Part shown: positions 50,305 to 60,774 of the stretch, piece by piece
How positions within the stretch are numbered: position 1 is the first letter of the stretch
Layout: each line of letters starts with the position of its first letter
DNA from: Candidatus Thorarchaeota archaeon
Lineage (GTDB): Archaea > Asgardarchaeota > Thorarchaeia > Thorarchaeales > Thorarchaeaceae
Assembly: GCA_029855935.1 (NCBI GenBank)
Contig: JAGSHN010000003.1
Location: 1-61,690 of the forward strand
Reading direction: 5' to 3'
DNA: 61,690 nucleotides
Translations under genes and position numbers: made by a program
Notes under the pieces: model-generated
Seen by the model: only the letters and a program-made list of their open reading frames with translations
The model's database searches: none
Told to the model about the DNA's origin: nothing

Positions 50305-51330
50305 TCAGAGTCGCTGTGCTATGAACTGTGCTTCCGCAATGCTCCTTGTCACGCCCTTTGGTTGAAAGTCGTAGGCGCCATACTCCTCGAATATCTGGCT
50401 GTAGAACTCGCTCTCGTGTTCTCGCAGGTCGTCGACGAGGTCCTTGAGTTCGTGCACCATTATTCCATCACTGACGAGAAGTGCTCTGGCCAGAGCGAGT
50501 ATAGCCCTCCGGAGCTCCAGGACGGCCAGCTCGTAGTCGCCCTCGATGTTCAGCTCCAGCACACTGTGATAGCCTCTCTGTGCAACCGACAGATACTCAA
50601 ATGCCTCGAACGGAACGTTCTCTCTGGTGTTCAGACGCTCCTCAGCCACCTCAATCCAGTGTCGAAGGTCCTCAAGGACATCGTTGATCTCTTCCTCCTC
50701 CATGCCGCGTAGCTTGAAGGTCCTCAGAAAGAGCTGGTATGCTATGGGGTCAAGCATCCTGACCTCGGTGAGAACCTCTGCTGGCCGAATTATGCAGAAC
50801 AGGTTGTTCCGCATCAGAATCACCCTGCCGAGGTCGAACAATGCATTGCGCACCAGTTCCATGGCAGTGATGACGTCCTCCCTGTCAGTCGCCCGCGTGG
50901 CGTCATTCAGTCGCTGAATTGCCCTCTTCTTGACAGACTCGATTACGTTCTCCGGCCAGACGAACTTGGCAGCCTTCTCCAGCCACTTCTTCAGCGAGCC
51001 GTCCCTGTCAAAGACGACCTGTGCCTCTCTCAGCCTCCCGACCACATCCGCAATCTTGAAGGCGTCCTCCGTCGTCTCGTTGAGGACCGCGTCAATCTCG
51101 GTCGCCGGAACGAACACCATGCTCACCCGCACCTCCTGTCGCTCGGCCACGAGCGGTGACGGCGGCTCGTCCTCCTCCCAGACAATACACAGGTCAAGAA
51201 CGGAGTTCAGTGTCAGCGTCCCTCTTACGTAGGCGCCATATACATAGACTCCGCGGGCGTTCTCGTTATCGCGCCACTCCTTGGCTATCTCGTCAAGTGC
51301 CGTGCTGAATTTCTTCTTGACGTCAATCAT
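50305..51330 (-). CDS. Degenerate minimal nucleotidyltransferase + two HEPN-like helical bundles
   Basis: YGAYVRG....NSVLDL (canonical GS..RG....SDxD), QVVFDRDG, and two helical repeats (NALFDLGRVIL / RAILALARALL). Confidence 0.6.
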   Translation of the reverse strand: MIDVKKKFSTALDEIAKEWRDNENARGVYVYGAYVRGTLTLNSVLDLCIVWEEDEPPSPLVAERQEVRVSMVFVPATEIDAVLNETTEDAFKIADVVGRLREAQVVFDRDGSLKKWLEKAAKFVWPENVIESVKKRAIQRLNDATRATDREDVITAMELVRNALFDLGRVILMRNNLFCIIRPAEVLTEVRMLDPIAYQLFLRTFKLRGMEEEEINDVLEDLRHWIEVAEERLNTRENVPFEAFEYLSVAQRGYHSVLELNIEGDYELAVLELRRAILALARALLVSDGIMVHELKDLVDDLREHESEFYSQIFEEYGAYDFQPKGVTRSIAEAQFIAQRL

Positions 51331-51715
51331 CTCGTGAGGACCTCACACAGGTTCGCTTCGCTCTATCCTGTCCGAAGTGGATCCGGCCCGGCCTTCCCTA
51401 CTCCTCAGCCGGTCGGTCAACCCGTCCCGAATTGGCACCCGTTTGCCATAAGGTTATCTATGACTTATCAGCCTGCTGCCTCCTCCTCTGCCACTCGGAG
51501 AGTCTTCCCTCCGCGGCAAGTCCGCGCTCTACTCCTCCTGCAGCGCGGTACACTGTATATCCACATCACAGAGCCTCGTCCAGCGCAACAACAGATCTGT
51601 CCTCCGGGGCCTGTCCATACGGCGAAGTCAGGGCACGACACATTGGTCACGAGATGAGTTAAATGTCCGATTGCCCACTCCGCCTGTCACTCATCTGAGC
51701 GAGGTTGTCCCAGAG

Positions 51716-52420
51716 TTGCCACGCATCGATGGTCGATCCAACGACGAGCTCCGACCTGTTGAGGTCACCCGCGGCTTTCTCAAGCACCCTGCCGGCTCGG
51801 TCCTGATCAAGACAGGTGACACACAGGTCATCTGCACGGCCACAATCGAGGAGGCCGTGCCCGGCTGGCTCAATGGTGAGTCACAGGGCTGGGTCACCGC
51901 CGAGTACGGAATGCTGCCCGCCGCGGGAACCGAACGCAACAGCAGGCATCGTATCAGCGGACGCACCTACGAGATACAGAGGCTCATCGGCCGCTCCCTG
52001 CGCGCCGCAGTCGACCTCGCGATGCTCGATGGCTTTACAATCAGGATTGACTGTGATGTCATACAGGCAGACGGCGGCACCCGGACGGCCTCAATCACTG
52101 GCGGCTTCATCGCTCTCTATGACGCCCTCCAGACAATGGTCGAACAGGACATGCTCCACAGGGTGCCCATCAGGGGAATGGTCGCGGCGGTCTCCGTGGG
52201 TGTCGTCGACGGCCAGGTTCTCCTCGACCTGTGCTACGAGGAGGACAACCGAGCGGAGGTTGATATGAACATCGCGATGCTCGATGAGACCTTCGTCGAG
52301 GTACAGGGGACTGGCGAGGGCTCCACCTTCAGACGCGACCAGCTCAACGAGATGCTCGACCTGGCCGAACGTGGTATCTCACAGTTGATGGAGATTCAGA
52401 GACAGGTCCTCAGTGAGTGA
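51716..52420 (+). CDS. rph: Ribonuclease PH (bacterial type)
   Basis: [64 protein letters not shown]. Confidence 0.93.
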   Translation: MPRIDGRSNDELRPVEVTRGFLKHPAGSVLIKTGDTQVICTATIEEAVPGWLNGESQGWVTAEYGMLPAAGTERNSRHRISGRTYEIQRLIGRSLRAAVDLAMLDGFTIRIDCDVIQADGGTRTASITGGFIALYDALQTMVEQDMLHRVPIRGMVAAVSVGVVDGQVLLDLCYEEDNRAEVDMNIAMLDETFVEVQGTGEGSTFRRDQLNEMLDLAERGISQLMEIQRQVLSE

Positions 52421-52643
52421 GTCGTCCGAGATCCTCCCCTGTTGACTGGAGTCCGCACTGGAACTGGTATTCTATTCTCGCGTCTGCTGGCGTTGAGACT
52501 ACTAGTCTTCGTCCCTCCTCGTCGCTGTGTTGGAGGATAGAAGGGGACCACCCGACCACCGCGTTGTTCTGTTAGAAACGCATATCAGAGTGCAATCTTC
52601 TGATGACTACGGTGACGCCTCAGACTTGATCATAAGGTCTGGA

Positions 52644-53825
52644 ATGCGTCACACAGGGGTGGCGATTGTGTCATTTGCGAGAAAAAGAAGTAGAGTTCTG
52701 CCGATATGTGCCGTCATAGCACTTGCACTGACGATGGCGGTGCCACCAGCATATGCCGTGGCCCCATATCCATCTACACTCATCCTGAACGTTGATATGC
52801 CCTCGGTGGTCAATGTTGGCGATACTGTCACGATAGTGGCAACGACCAACCGGCACGCTGAGATCAGTATCTATGTTGATGGGTCGTTGAAGGCGCACGC
52901 CTATTATGCCAAGTCTCTGACGTATTCGTTCACAGCATCAAAGGTCGCGCTACACAACGTACGGGTCATCGCTACTGTCGGAGTTGTGCCCGGGCCGCTC
53001 TTGGTGCGTGGCCACGGTCCAGCAGCAGCCTCCAAGTCGGGCTATATACGTGTTCGATGGGACCCGCCCTTCACAGGCATCCGTTACTGGTCTGCCGATG
53101 CAGCAAGACACCCGGACTCTCTGTCACTCTTTGAACTGACGCTTGAGGCACTCGACTACGGGGCGAGAAAGCTGGGACTCACCAACGTCCGAACCTCAAA
53201 GACATCTGCCATCAAGGCCCTTGCACGATTCTCCAAGGACATCCTGCGTCCACTGTGGCAGAGCGACAATGATGCCCTTGCTGACATAGAGGTGGTCCCG
53301 TCGTTCAGCCACTTCTACAGTTACATGGACTCCTATTACCCCGGGAACTACAGCCTGCGCAACCGCTTCGACTGTCGAGATCTCGCCGCACTTGTCTCGG
53401 GCATGGCCCGGAGCATTGGACTATGTTCTCAGATGATATCGCTTGACGCCAGCCCAGACACATCATCCTCATCGGCCCATCCAGGGCCTGACTATGATGT
53501 TGATTGGCGTGAGCAGCACGTGATTGTTGTCGTGTATGGTATCTATAGGTACTACACGTTCAATGACGAAACGAGGAGTAACAACGGCTGGTTCCTGATT
53601 GATCCTGCATACGGTCTTGATGGCTATGACACTGTAAAGCATATCAGAGAGGTATACATTCACGGTGATGATGGTCACGCGGATGTCTTCAAGTTCATCT
53701 GGAACTTCACGTCCGATGGCTGGGGTTCGGGAGTCACAGAGGACCATCAGCAGACCGCTTGGGTCGGCTATCCAAGTCCGCCCGGTACCGCGGACTATCA
53801 ATCAGATCCCTATTGGATAGACTAG
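52644..53825 (+). CDS. Secreted transglutaminase-like protein with N-terminal Ig-like domain
   Basis: Signal peptide, beta-rich N-terminal domain, putative Cys-His-Asp triad FDCRDLA / HVIV / LIDP; start uncertain. Confidence 0.6.
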   Translation: MRHTGVAIVSFARKRSRVLPICAVIALALTMAVPPAYAVAPYPSTLILNVDMPSVVNVGDTVTIVATTNRHAEISIYVDGSLKAHAYYAKSLTYSFTASKVALHNVRVIATVGVVPGPLLVRGHGPAAASKSGYIRVRWDPPFTGIRYWSADAARHPDSLSLFELTLEALDYGARKLGLTNVRTSKTSAIKALARFSKDILRPLWQSDNDALADIEVVPSFSHFYSYMDSYYPGNYSLRNRFDCRDLAALVSGMARSIGLCSQMISLDASPDTSSSSAHPGPDYDVDWREQHVIVVVYGIYRYYTFNDETRSNNGWFLIDPAYGLDGYDTVKHIREVYIHGDDGHADVFKFIWNFTSDGWGSGVTEDHQQTAWVGYPSPPGTADYQSDPYWID

Positions 53826-54104
53826 ATGCGCGGGCCGTCGATTGATTCATCAGTAGCCTGGGCCGGGCGTAGCAATGCGCCTGGCCCCCTCTTCTTGACT
53901 GTTCCCCCGCGTCGTCTGAGATAGTGCCACACTGTGGGTCCAATCTTGTGAACAGCCCCTCAGTCATTCCCTCTACGGTTCCTTGCGCAAGCTTTATCTT
54001 GAGACGACGCGCAGTCTATAGTGCATTCGTCGAGTAGAGGCGGTATTGTACGGCGGCTGCAGGAGGTCGCCTGTGAGAACCGTTCTGGCAAATCTCGGCG
54101 GATA

Positions 54105-54120
54105 GCAATGTTTAAAACCG
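54105..54120 (+). promoter_or_regulatory. Putative TATA box of the 23S rRNA transcription unit
   Basis: TTTAAAA at 54111-54117 in GC-rich context, upstream of the structured leader. Confidence 0.5.
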
Positions 54121-57100
54121 CTGCCAGTCAGGCAGCCGAGGCGCGCACTCAGTGACCTCACAGAGGTCGTTGTGTGCAGTCGCGATCAAAAGAGAACAAC
54201 ACTGGAACGTCCGAAGTCCTCCGAAGAGGAGGCCTCTCACGCTCGCCACGTGAGGGCTCATCGGGACCAGACAGGGCCTCAAGCCTGCAGGGGACTGGCG
54301 CCTGCAACGGCCTGTGGTCCGGCAGGACGGAGTCATTCCCGATGGGGGACGGTCCTACGACATCCGACCCGAGGCGGTGCCGTGCACCAAGGGTCTGGGC
54401 GTCGGGACTGCAGAGGATGAAGGTTGACCATTCCATTCAACACACATACACTGTTCACTCCGTCTGACCGACCCGCCACACAATGTGAGCGGATGGCCAG
54501 ATGGAATGACGAATGGATACACATACTACAGACAGACCATTCGATCTCCGGGTCGAACGGTCCAGTCCCTGGTGGTGACGTGCACAGCAAACAACCAAGA
54601 TGCACCCGTCAGGACACTGTGGCCCAGTGCCACCCGACGGGTATTGCTGCGCCGGTCACATGATTAGACTCGCGTTTCGCTGCTACGGCCGCTGGTGGAT
54701 GACTTGGTTGGCTAGCCGATGAAGGGCGTGACGAGCTGCGAAATGCCGCGGGTAGACGCATGAAGTCTATGATCCGCGGATTCCCGAATGGGACTTCCTC
54801 GTGAGGGCTAATACCCCTCACGGGTCCGGGGTCAAACCCGGATCGGGAACGGGCCGAACTGAAGCATCTTAGTAGGCCCAGGAAGAGAAAACAACAGTGA
54901 TTCCCTGAGTAACAGCGAGCGAAAGGGGAACAGGCCAAACCGAATCCCCTCGCGAAGAGTGAGGGGAGATGTGGTGTTTCGGGCCCGGACTCAAGTGCCG
55001 ACGTGCCCAAGCCGAAGTCGTCTGGAACGACGCGGCGTAGAGGGTGACACCCCCGTAGGCGTAAAGCACGGGCATGTCCGGTGTCCCAGAGTAGCGCGGG
55101 TTGGTCTTCTCGCGTGAAGATCGCAGTCGCAACCTGCGAAGCCTAAATACTCAGCCAATCCGATAGCGTACTATGTAGTGCGAACGAAAGTTGAAAAGCG
55201 CCGCGGAAGCGGGGTGAAAAGCACCTGAAACCAGCGGTCTAGTCAAAGGATGCCGACTACAAGAATAGAAGCTCGACGAACGAACAGGGAGCGATCCCCC
55301 AGTAGGAGTCGAGCCGATCGAGCCGGCATCATCCGTCTTGAAACACGGGCCAGGGAGTTCACGGGCGTGGCGAGAATAAGGCGTATAGCCGTAAGCGGAG
55401 GGAAACCAACAGGCCCGCAGCCGGCTCGTCCGGTCAGGGGCGGCGTGTGAATAGCGCGCGTAGTCACTCCCGTGACACGAGAAACCAGTCGATCTAGGCC
55501 TGGCCAGGGTGAAGCCGGGCGAAAGCTCGGTGGAGGCCCGAGAGGGTTCTGACGTGCAACTCGTTCCGTTGAGCTGGGCCTAGGGGTAAAAGGCTTATCT
55601 AGACTGGTGATTGCTCGTTCTCCGCGAAGTTGGTCGCAGCCAAGCCCTGCCTGAGGTATCACGTGGTGTAGAGCACTTTCGGATCGGAGCGGGGGGCGTA
55701 GAGCCCTTCACCATCCTGAAAACTCCGAAGCTGCGTGAACCGTAGACGGCAGGAGACGGGTGCCCGGGGTAAGCCCGGCTGGCCGAGATGGGGAGAACCG
55801 AGAGTACGGTTAAGGTCCCTAAGTACCGGATAAGTGCGGTGAAGAAGGGCGTCGAGAGCCCAAGACAGTCTGGGGGTGAGCTTAGAAGCAGCTATCCCCG
55901 AACGAAAGCGTAACAGCTCACAGACCGAGGCTCTCGGCCTTGAAAATGGACGGGGCTAAATCCGGTCACCGAGACCGTACGGCACGCCTGCACAAGGGCG
56001 TGGTCCGGTAGCGGAGCGACCCGGTTGGACAGAAGCAGGGCCGTGAGGTCCTGTGGACCGGCCGGGTTTGATGATCCTGGCAGTAGTAACAGCGAAGCGT
56101 GGTGAGAATCCACGTCGCCGAAAGGGAAAGGGTTCTTCGGCAATGCGTCGTCAGCCGAAGGTCAGTCGGTCCTAAGTGGCGCCGTAACTCGAGCGTCACG
56201 AAAGGGAATCAGGTCAATATTCCTGAACCTCGGAAGTACACTACGCGGTGACGCTAAGCCGGACTTGCGACCCATCAGGATAGACCGGGCACCGCCCTCG
56301 CGGTGTCTAACACTATAAGGCTGCTGAGTACCGTAATGGTGAGACGTAGTCGAAAGGTGGAATGGCGGGTGGTCGGACACCCGTCCGGTCAATTCCCGGT
56401 GGCCATGAAAAACAAGTCCGGAAGGATCTTCCGAGCCCGTACCCAGATCTGACACAGGTTCCCTGGCTGAGAAGGCCAAGGCGTATCCGGGTCAATCCTG
56501 CCTGAGGGAAATCGGCCAATTAGCGGCGTAACTTCGGGATATGCCGTGCCTGGGTCGGTGCCTCGCGGTGCCCTCCCAGGTCTCAGTGACAAGGGGGTCC
56601 CAACTGTTTAATACAAACATAGCTGACTGCGAGCGCGTAAGCGTTTGTACAGTCAGTGAATCCTGCTCTGTGCCTGTCTGTTAAAGCTCCGAAAGGGGCC
56701 GAAGCACAGGTCAACGGCGGGACTAACTATGAGTCTCTTAAGGTAGCCAAATGCCTTGTCGGTTAAATGCCGACGTGCATGAAGGGAGCAATGAGGTCCC
56801 CACTGTCCCCAGGAGGAACCGGGTGAACCTACACCATACCGAACAGTGTATGTACCCCCAGCGGGAAGAGAAGTCCCTGCGGAGGTTCACTACGCAGTCT
56901 GTCGTTGCCATCACTGTTGTCGTACAGAGCGTAGTCAGGAGCGACGAAACCGGCTCCCCGGGGCCGGCGGATGCGACCATGGAACACTGACTACGGCAAT
57001 GGCGGTGGCTAACCTAGACCAAGCGCGTCTAGGGACACCGGCAGATAGGCAGTTGGGCTGGGGCGGCACACGGCTGACAAGAGATCAGCCGTGACCAATG

Positions 57101-57254
57101 CTGAGCTCAGAGGCGACAGAAACGTCTCGTCGAGATCAAGGGCATAAGCTCGGCTGACTGGTCCCCGCACAGCAACGGGACCAGGGGCGAAAGCCTGGCC
57201 TAGCGAACCCTCAGTCGCTTGTTGTAGGGCGCTGCGGGATGACAGAAAACTTAC

Positions 57255-57287
57255 ACCTCGTCCAGATGCGTTCTGGCGAGGGAGGAT
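57255..57287 (+). other. 23S rRNA intron 1 (33-nt hairpin intron, BHB/BHL type; after E. coli-equivalent position 2440)
   Basis: Hairpin CCTCG-T-CCAGA-TGCGT-TCTGG-CGAGG; 3-nt bulges AC^A and AT^C; removal restores AAAACTTAC-CCCAGG, which pairs with the H74 5' strand. Confidence 0.8.
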
Positions 57288-57297
57288 CCCAGGGGTA

Positions 57298-57582
57298 TGT
57301 GGCCCCGGTATCTGTCATCTCGTACCGCCCAGAGGCCGGACTTCCTTCCGCGAGGTAAAGTCTGACAGCAATTGACGTGCGATTCTCTCCGGGCTGACCG
57401 GATTGGGTCGTGCGTACAATGCAAGAGAGAAAATGCAGGACGTGAGACACACAGAGAGGTGACACATGCCTGCAGCCTCAGGGCGATACGAGAAGACGGG
57501 TGCTGGCAGGATGAGGTGGTGGTAAGTTTGCGCACTTTGACAACTGCCGCTTCATTCTGAGATGCGTTCTAGCCACACCCAC
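57298..57582 (+). other. 23S rRNA intron 2 (285-nt structured intron, BHB/BHL type; between E. coli-equivalent A2450 and A2451)
   Basis: Closing stem GTGGC/GCCAC, central GGG/CCC helix, bulges TA^T and AC^A; removal restores GGGGTA-ACAGAG; no homing endonuclease ORF. Confidence 0.82.
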
Positions 57583-57701
57583 ACAGAGTTGTCGCGTGCA
57601 AGAGTCCATATCGACCACGCGGCTTGCTTCCTCGATGTCGGCTCTTGGCATCCTCGGGTTGCATAAGGCCCGAAGGGTGCGGGTGCTCACCGATTAAAGC
57701 C

Positions 57702-57737
<36 letters not shown>

Positions 57738-57863
57738 TGGTTTCTATCTGCTGGGGGTGTTGGGTGACTGCGGGCAAGATGAAACCGGTACGAGAGGAAC
57801 GTTTCGTCGCGGCCAATGGTGTACCGATTGTCCGAGAGGGCACTGTCGGGTAGCTAAGCCGTA

Positions 57864-57898
<35 letters not shown>

Positions 57899-58905
57899 GG
57901 ACCCGAAAATAGTCACCCACTTTGCGGGCGTCCCCTGAGAGGGGGCGGCGGGGCTGGTGACAGCAACGCTGAGCTCGTGAACGAGGGATCTGGTAGAAGA
58001 CCAGGTAGATAGGGCGGGAGTGTAAGCACCGAGCCTCGGCGAGGTGTTCAGCTCACCGCTACTAATTCCCGAGGCGTGCGAGTCGAAAGTGTGGCTCGTG
58101 TGGCACCTGGAGTCGGTGCAGTCCGGCTGGTGGGTGCGGAGTGCGGGTCGCAGTGGAAGGGACTGGAGACTGTCAGTGAGTGTGTGTGTTGACAGTGGTC
58201 TGAGGCATAAGTGCCAACCTTCATCCTCTGCAGACCATCTTGATTCTCTCTGATTTGCAGTTCCACTCTTTTGTTTTGGAGCCAGTCGCGTCTTGTATGA
58301 CCGCAGACAGCATCTTTTGGTATTGGGGCACTCTTACATTTGCCGATGTAGTTCTCGGCCGATATCTGTTCTGTCGGGTAAGAGAATGCCTCTTTCATCC
58401 GCGCAAGAAATATTGGCCATTGACAGCCGTGATATCCTGAGAAACAGCGCTGCCTATCCAGAAACAGGTCGGACGTGAGATTTAGTAATGACTGCTGCAA
58501 GAGGGGGCATGCAGTGAGAGTCGGGTCCGGACGGGCGACACAACATGGAGAGACAGGGGGCGCCGATAATATGAGGCGTATCACAACAGGTCTGACGCCC
58601 ACTGTGGCGGGGCACTGTGCGCAGGAGGACGGACATTCACCTGCTCACTGCAACACTCGGAGGGCATCACGAGAATGACCTCGCCGAGAGAGGACAATGG
58701 AAGAGAATGAACAGGAGGCGAAAGAGTAGAAGCATGAGGACGGCGTGGGGAGACGTGAGCCCTCCGAACCCTGTCCTCTGTGACTACGGACTGTCATGTG
58801 TCACCAGTGGCCGATCGCGTCCTCTGCCTATTGTATGAGCTTAAAAGGGGATGTTGGGGAATGACGTGTGTATGGAGTCCTGTCAATCATTGAGGGGGCC
58901 ACCTA

Positions 58906-60387
58906 ATGAGTGATGGTGAGCAGGGTGGAGACGGGCTGGAACTGCAGGAGGAGTACGACGAGGCCGCTGACGAGGCGGCGTACGAGGACTGGCTGGACGA
59001 GGTGGTGTACACTCACTGCTGTCCGTACGCGTCAATCCCCTACACCACTGATGAGGGCAAGAAGGACGAGTTCGAGGTGCACTGGTCGACGACGGAACTG
59101 GAACTTATCCTGCTTGACGACTATCTGGTGGATGTTGACCTGAGTGAGGTACCGCAGTGTCGCTGGCTCAAAGAGATAACCATTTCGCATCATAGGCTGA
59201 GACGGATTGATCTGAGTCCGCTGGCAGAGTGTCGTCGTCTGACCGAACTGGACCTCAGAGACAATCAACTTGAGGAGGTGGACCTGAGTCCGCTTGCCGG
59301 GCTTCCGCGTTTCCGCATTCTTAATCTCACAGCGAACAGGTTGCAGGTGATTGATCTGAGTCCGTTGGCACAGTGTCCCCGTCTGGAGTCTCTCATCCTG
59401 ACCAGAAACCAGTTGCGGGAGGTGGACCTGAGTCCACTTGCCAGTTGTTCGAACCTTGCTGAACTCTCATTGCGCGGGAACCAGTTAGAGCGTGTGGATC
59501 TGAGTCCGCTTGCTCGTTGTCCAAGCCTTGCCAAGCTCTTATTGGATGGGAATCAGTTACGAGAGGTGGATTTGAGTCCACTTGCCAGTTGTCGGAACCT
59601 TGCTGAACTCTCATTGCGCGGGAACCAGTTAGAGCGTGTGGATCTGAGTCCGCTTGCTCGTTGTCCGAATCTTAGACATCTTTCTTTGACTGGGAACCAG
59701 CTAGAGCGTGTGGATCTGAGTCCGCTTGCTCGTTGTCCAAGCCTTGCGAAACTCTCACTACACGGAAACCAATTGCGGGAGGTGGACCTGGAACCGCTTG
59801 CCCGTTGCTCGAATCTTACTGAACTGTACTTAGGTGCGAACTGGCTAGAGCGTGTGGATCTGAGTCCACTTGCCAGTTGTCGGAACCTTGCTGAACTCTC
59901 ATTACGCGGGAACCGGTTGAGCGAGGTGGACCTGGAACCGCTTGCCCGTTGCTCGAATCTTACTGGGCTCTCATTGGATGTGAACCGGTTAGAGCGTGTG
60001 GACCTGAGTCCGCTTGCTCGTTGTCCGAACCTTAGACATCTTTCTTTGACTGGGAACCGGTTAGAGCGTGTGGACCTGAGTCCGCTTGCTCGTTGTCAGA
60101 ATCTTGCTGAACTGTACTTGGAAGAAAATCAGTTGCGAGACATTAATTTGGAACCACTGGCCAGTTGCACACGTCTCTCTACTATCTATCTAGAGGGAAA
60201 CCCGCTAGGGGAGGTGGACATCACGCCACTCATCCTCTGTAGAAACCTCACCATATTTCAAGTTGATGACGATGTCCGTCTTATTGGCAATAGGGTTCGA
60301 CTCTCCACTATGGACAAGGAGCTTGTGAGTTTTGTTCTCAAACATCGATTTCTCCACGACATCTACGACCGGATAGAGTGGTACTGA
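58906..60387 (+). CDS. Leucine-rich repeat protein (about 15 x 24-aa repeats) with acidic N-terminus
   Basis: Consensus L.EL.L.GN.L..VDLSPLA.C.N, with near-identical 72-bp units in the DNA. Confidence 0.95.
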   Translation: MSDGEQGGDGLELQEEYDEAADEAAYEDWLDEVVYTHCCPYASIPYTTDEGKKDEFEVHWSTTELELILLDDYLVDVDLSEVPQCRWLKEITISHHRLRRIDLSPLAECRRLTELDLRDNQLEEVDLSPLAGLPRFRILNLTANRLQVIDLSPLAQCPRLESLILTRNQLREVDLSPLASCSNLAELSLRGNQLERVDLSPLARCPSLAKLLLDGNQLREVDLSPLASCRNLAELSLRGNQLERVDLSPLARCPNLRHLSLTGNQLERVDLSPLARCPSLAKLSLHGNQLREVDLEPLARCSNLTELYLGANWLERVDLSPLASCRNLAELSLRGNRLSEVDLEPLARCSNLTGLSLDVNRLERVDLSPLARCPNLRHLSLTGNRLERVDLSPLARCQNLAELYLEENQLRDINLEPLASCTRLSTIYLEGNPLGEVDITPLILCRNLTIFQVDDDVRLIGNRVRLSTMDKELVSFVLKHRFLHDIYDRIEWY

Positions 60388-60774
60388 ACACGCCTCACCC
60401 CATCTCCGCCTGTCTAAGGTAGATTGGTCTCCCTGATTGACTGGAGTATGCAGTTTCTTCCTACATTCATTGTTTCTCGACCTGGCTGTCCAGTCAGCCA
60501 GCAGTCAGTTCCTGACGGTAGGCCTCTCACAGCGTAGAGAGACTGGGCGAACAGTCTGATGGTCGCAGAGTATCTCTCCTCCCTCCAAGAGCAAGAGATA
60601 TAAGTCACTGTTCTGCACATCGAAACTTGCTACTACTTTTTTGCCTCTGGAGAGGTAGTACCGCTTGCTGTCCGGTTGTGGGGTTGACTACGGGGACAAG
60701 AACAGAGATCTGGACAGTGAGGGGTATGCCGCTCTCCTCTAAGAGATTAAGAGGGATGATGGGAGGAGTTCCAG

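Noticed and set aside
57298-57582. Group I intron (L2449-type) or homing endonuclease
   Set aside because: No terminal omega-G, the junction is after A rather than U, no recognisable P7 core and no LAGLIDADG ORF; BHB geometry fits better.
54609-57690. ORFs within the rRNA gene
   Set aside because: Spurious translations of rRNA sequence.
58234-58900. 5S rRNA, tRNA or a gene downstream of the 23S
   Set aside because: No 5S or tRNA signatures and no convincing ORF were recognised.
59160-60250. CRISPR array or DGR template/variable repeat
   Set aside because: Repeats are in-frame coding units without spacers; no cas or RT gene, and no evident adenine-specific pattern.
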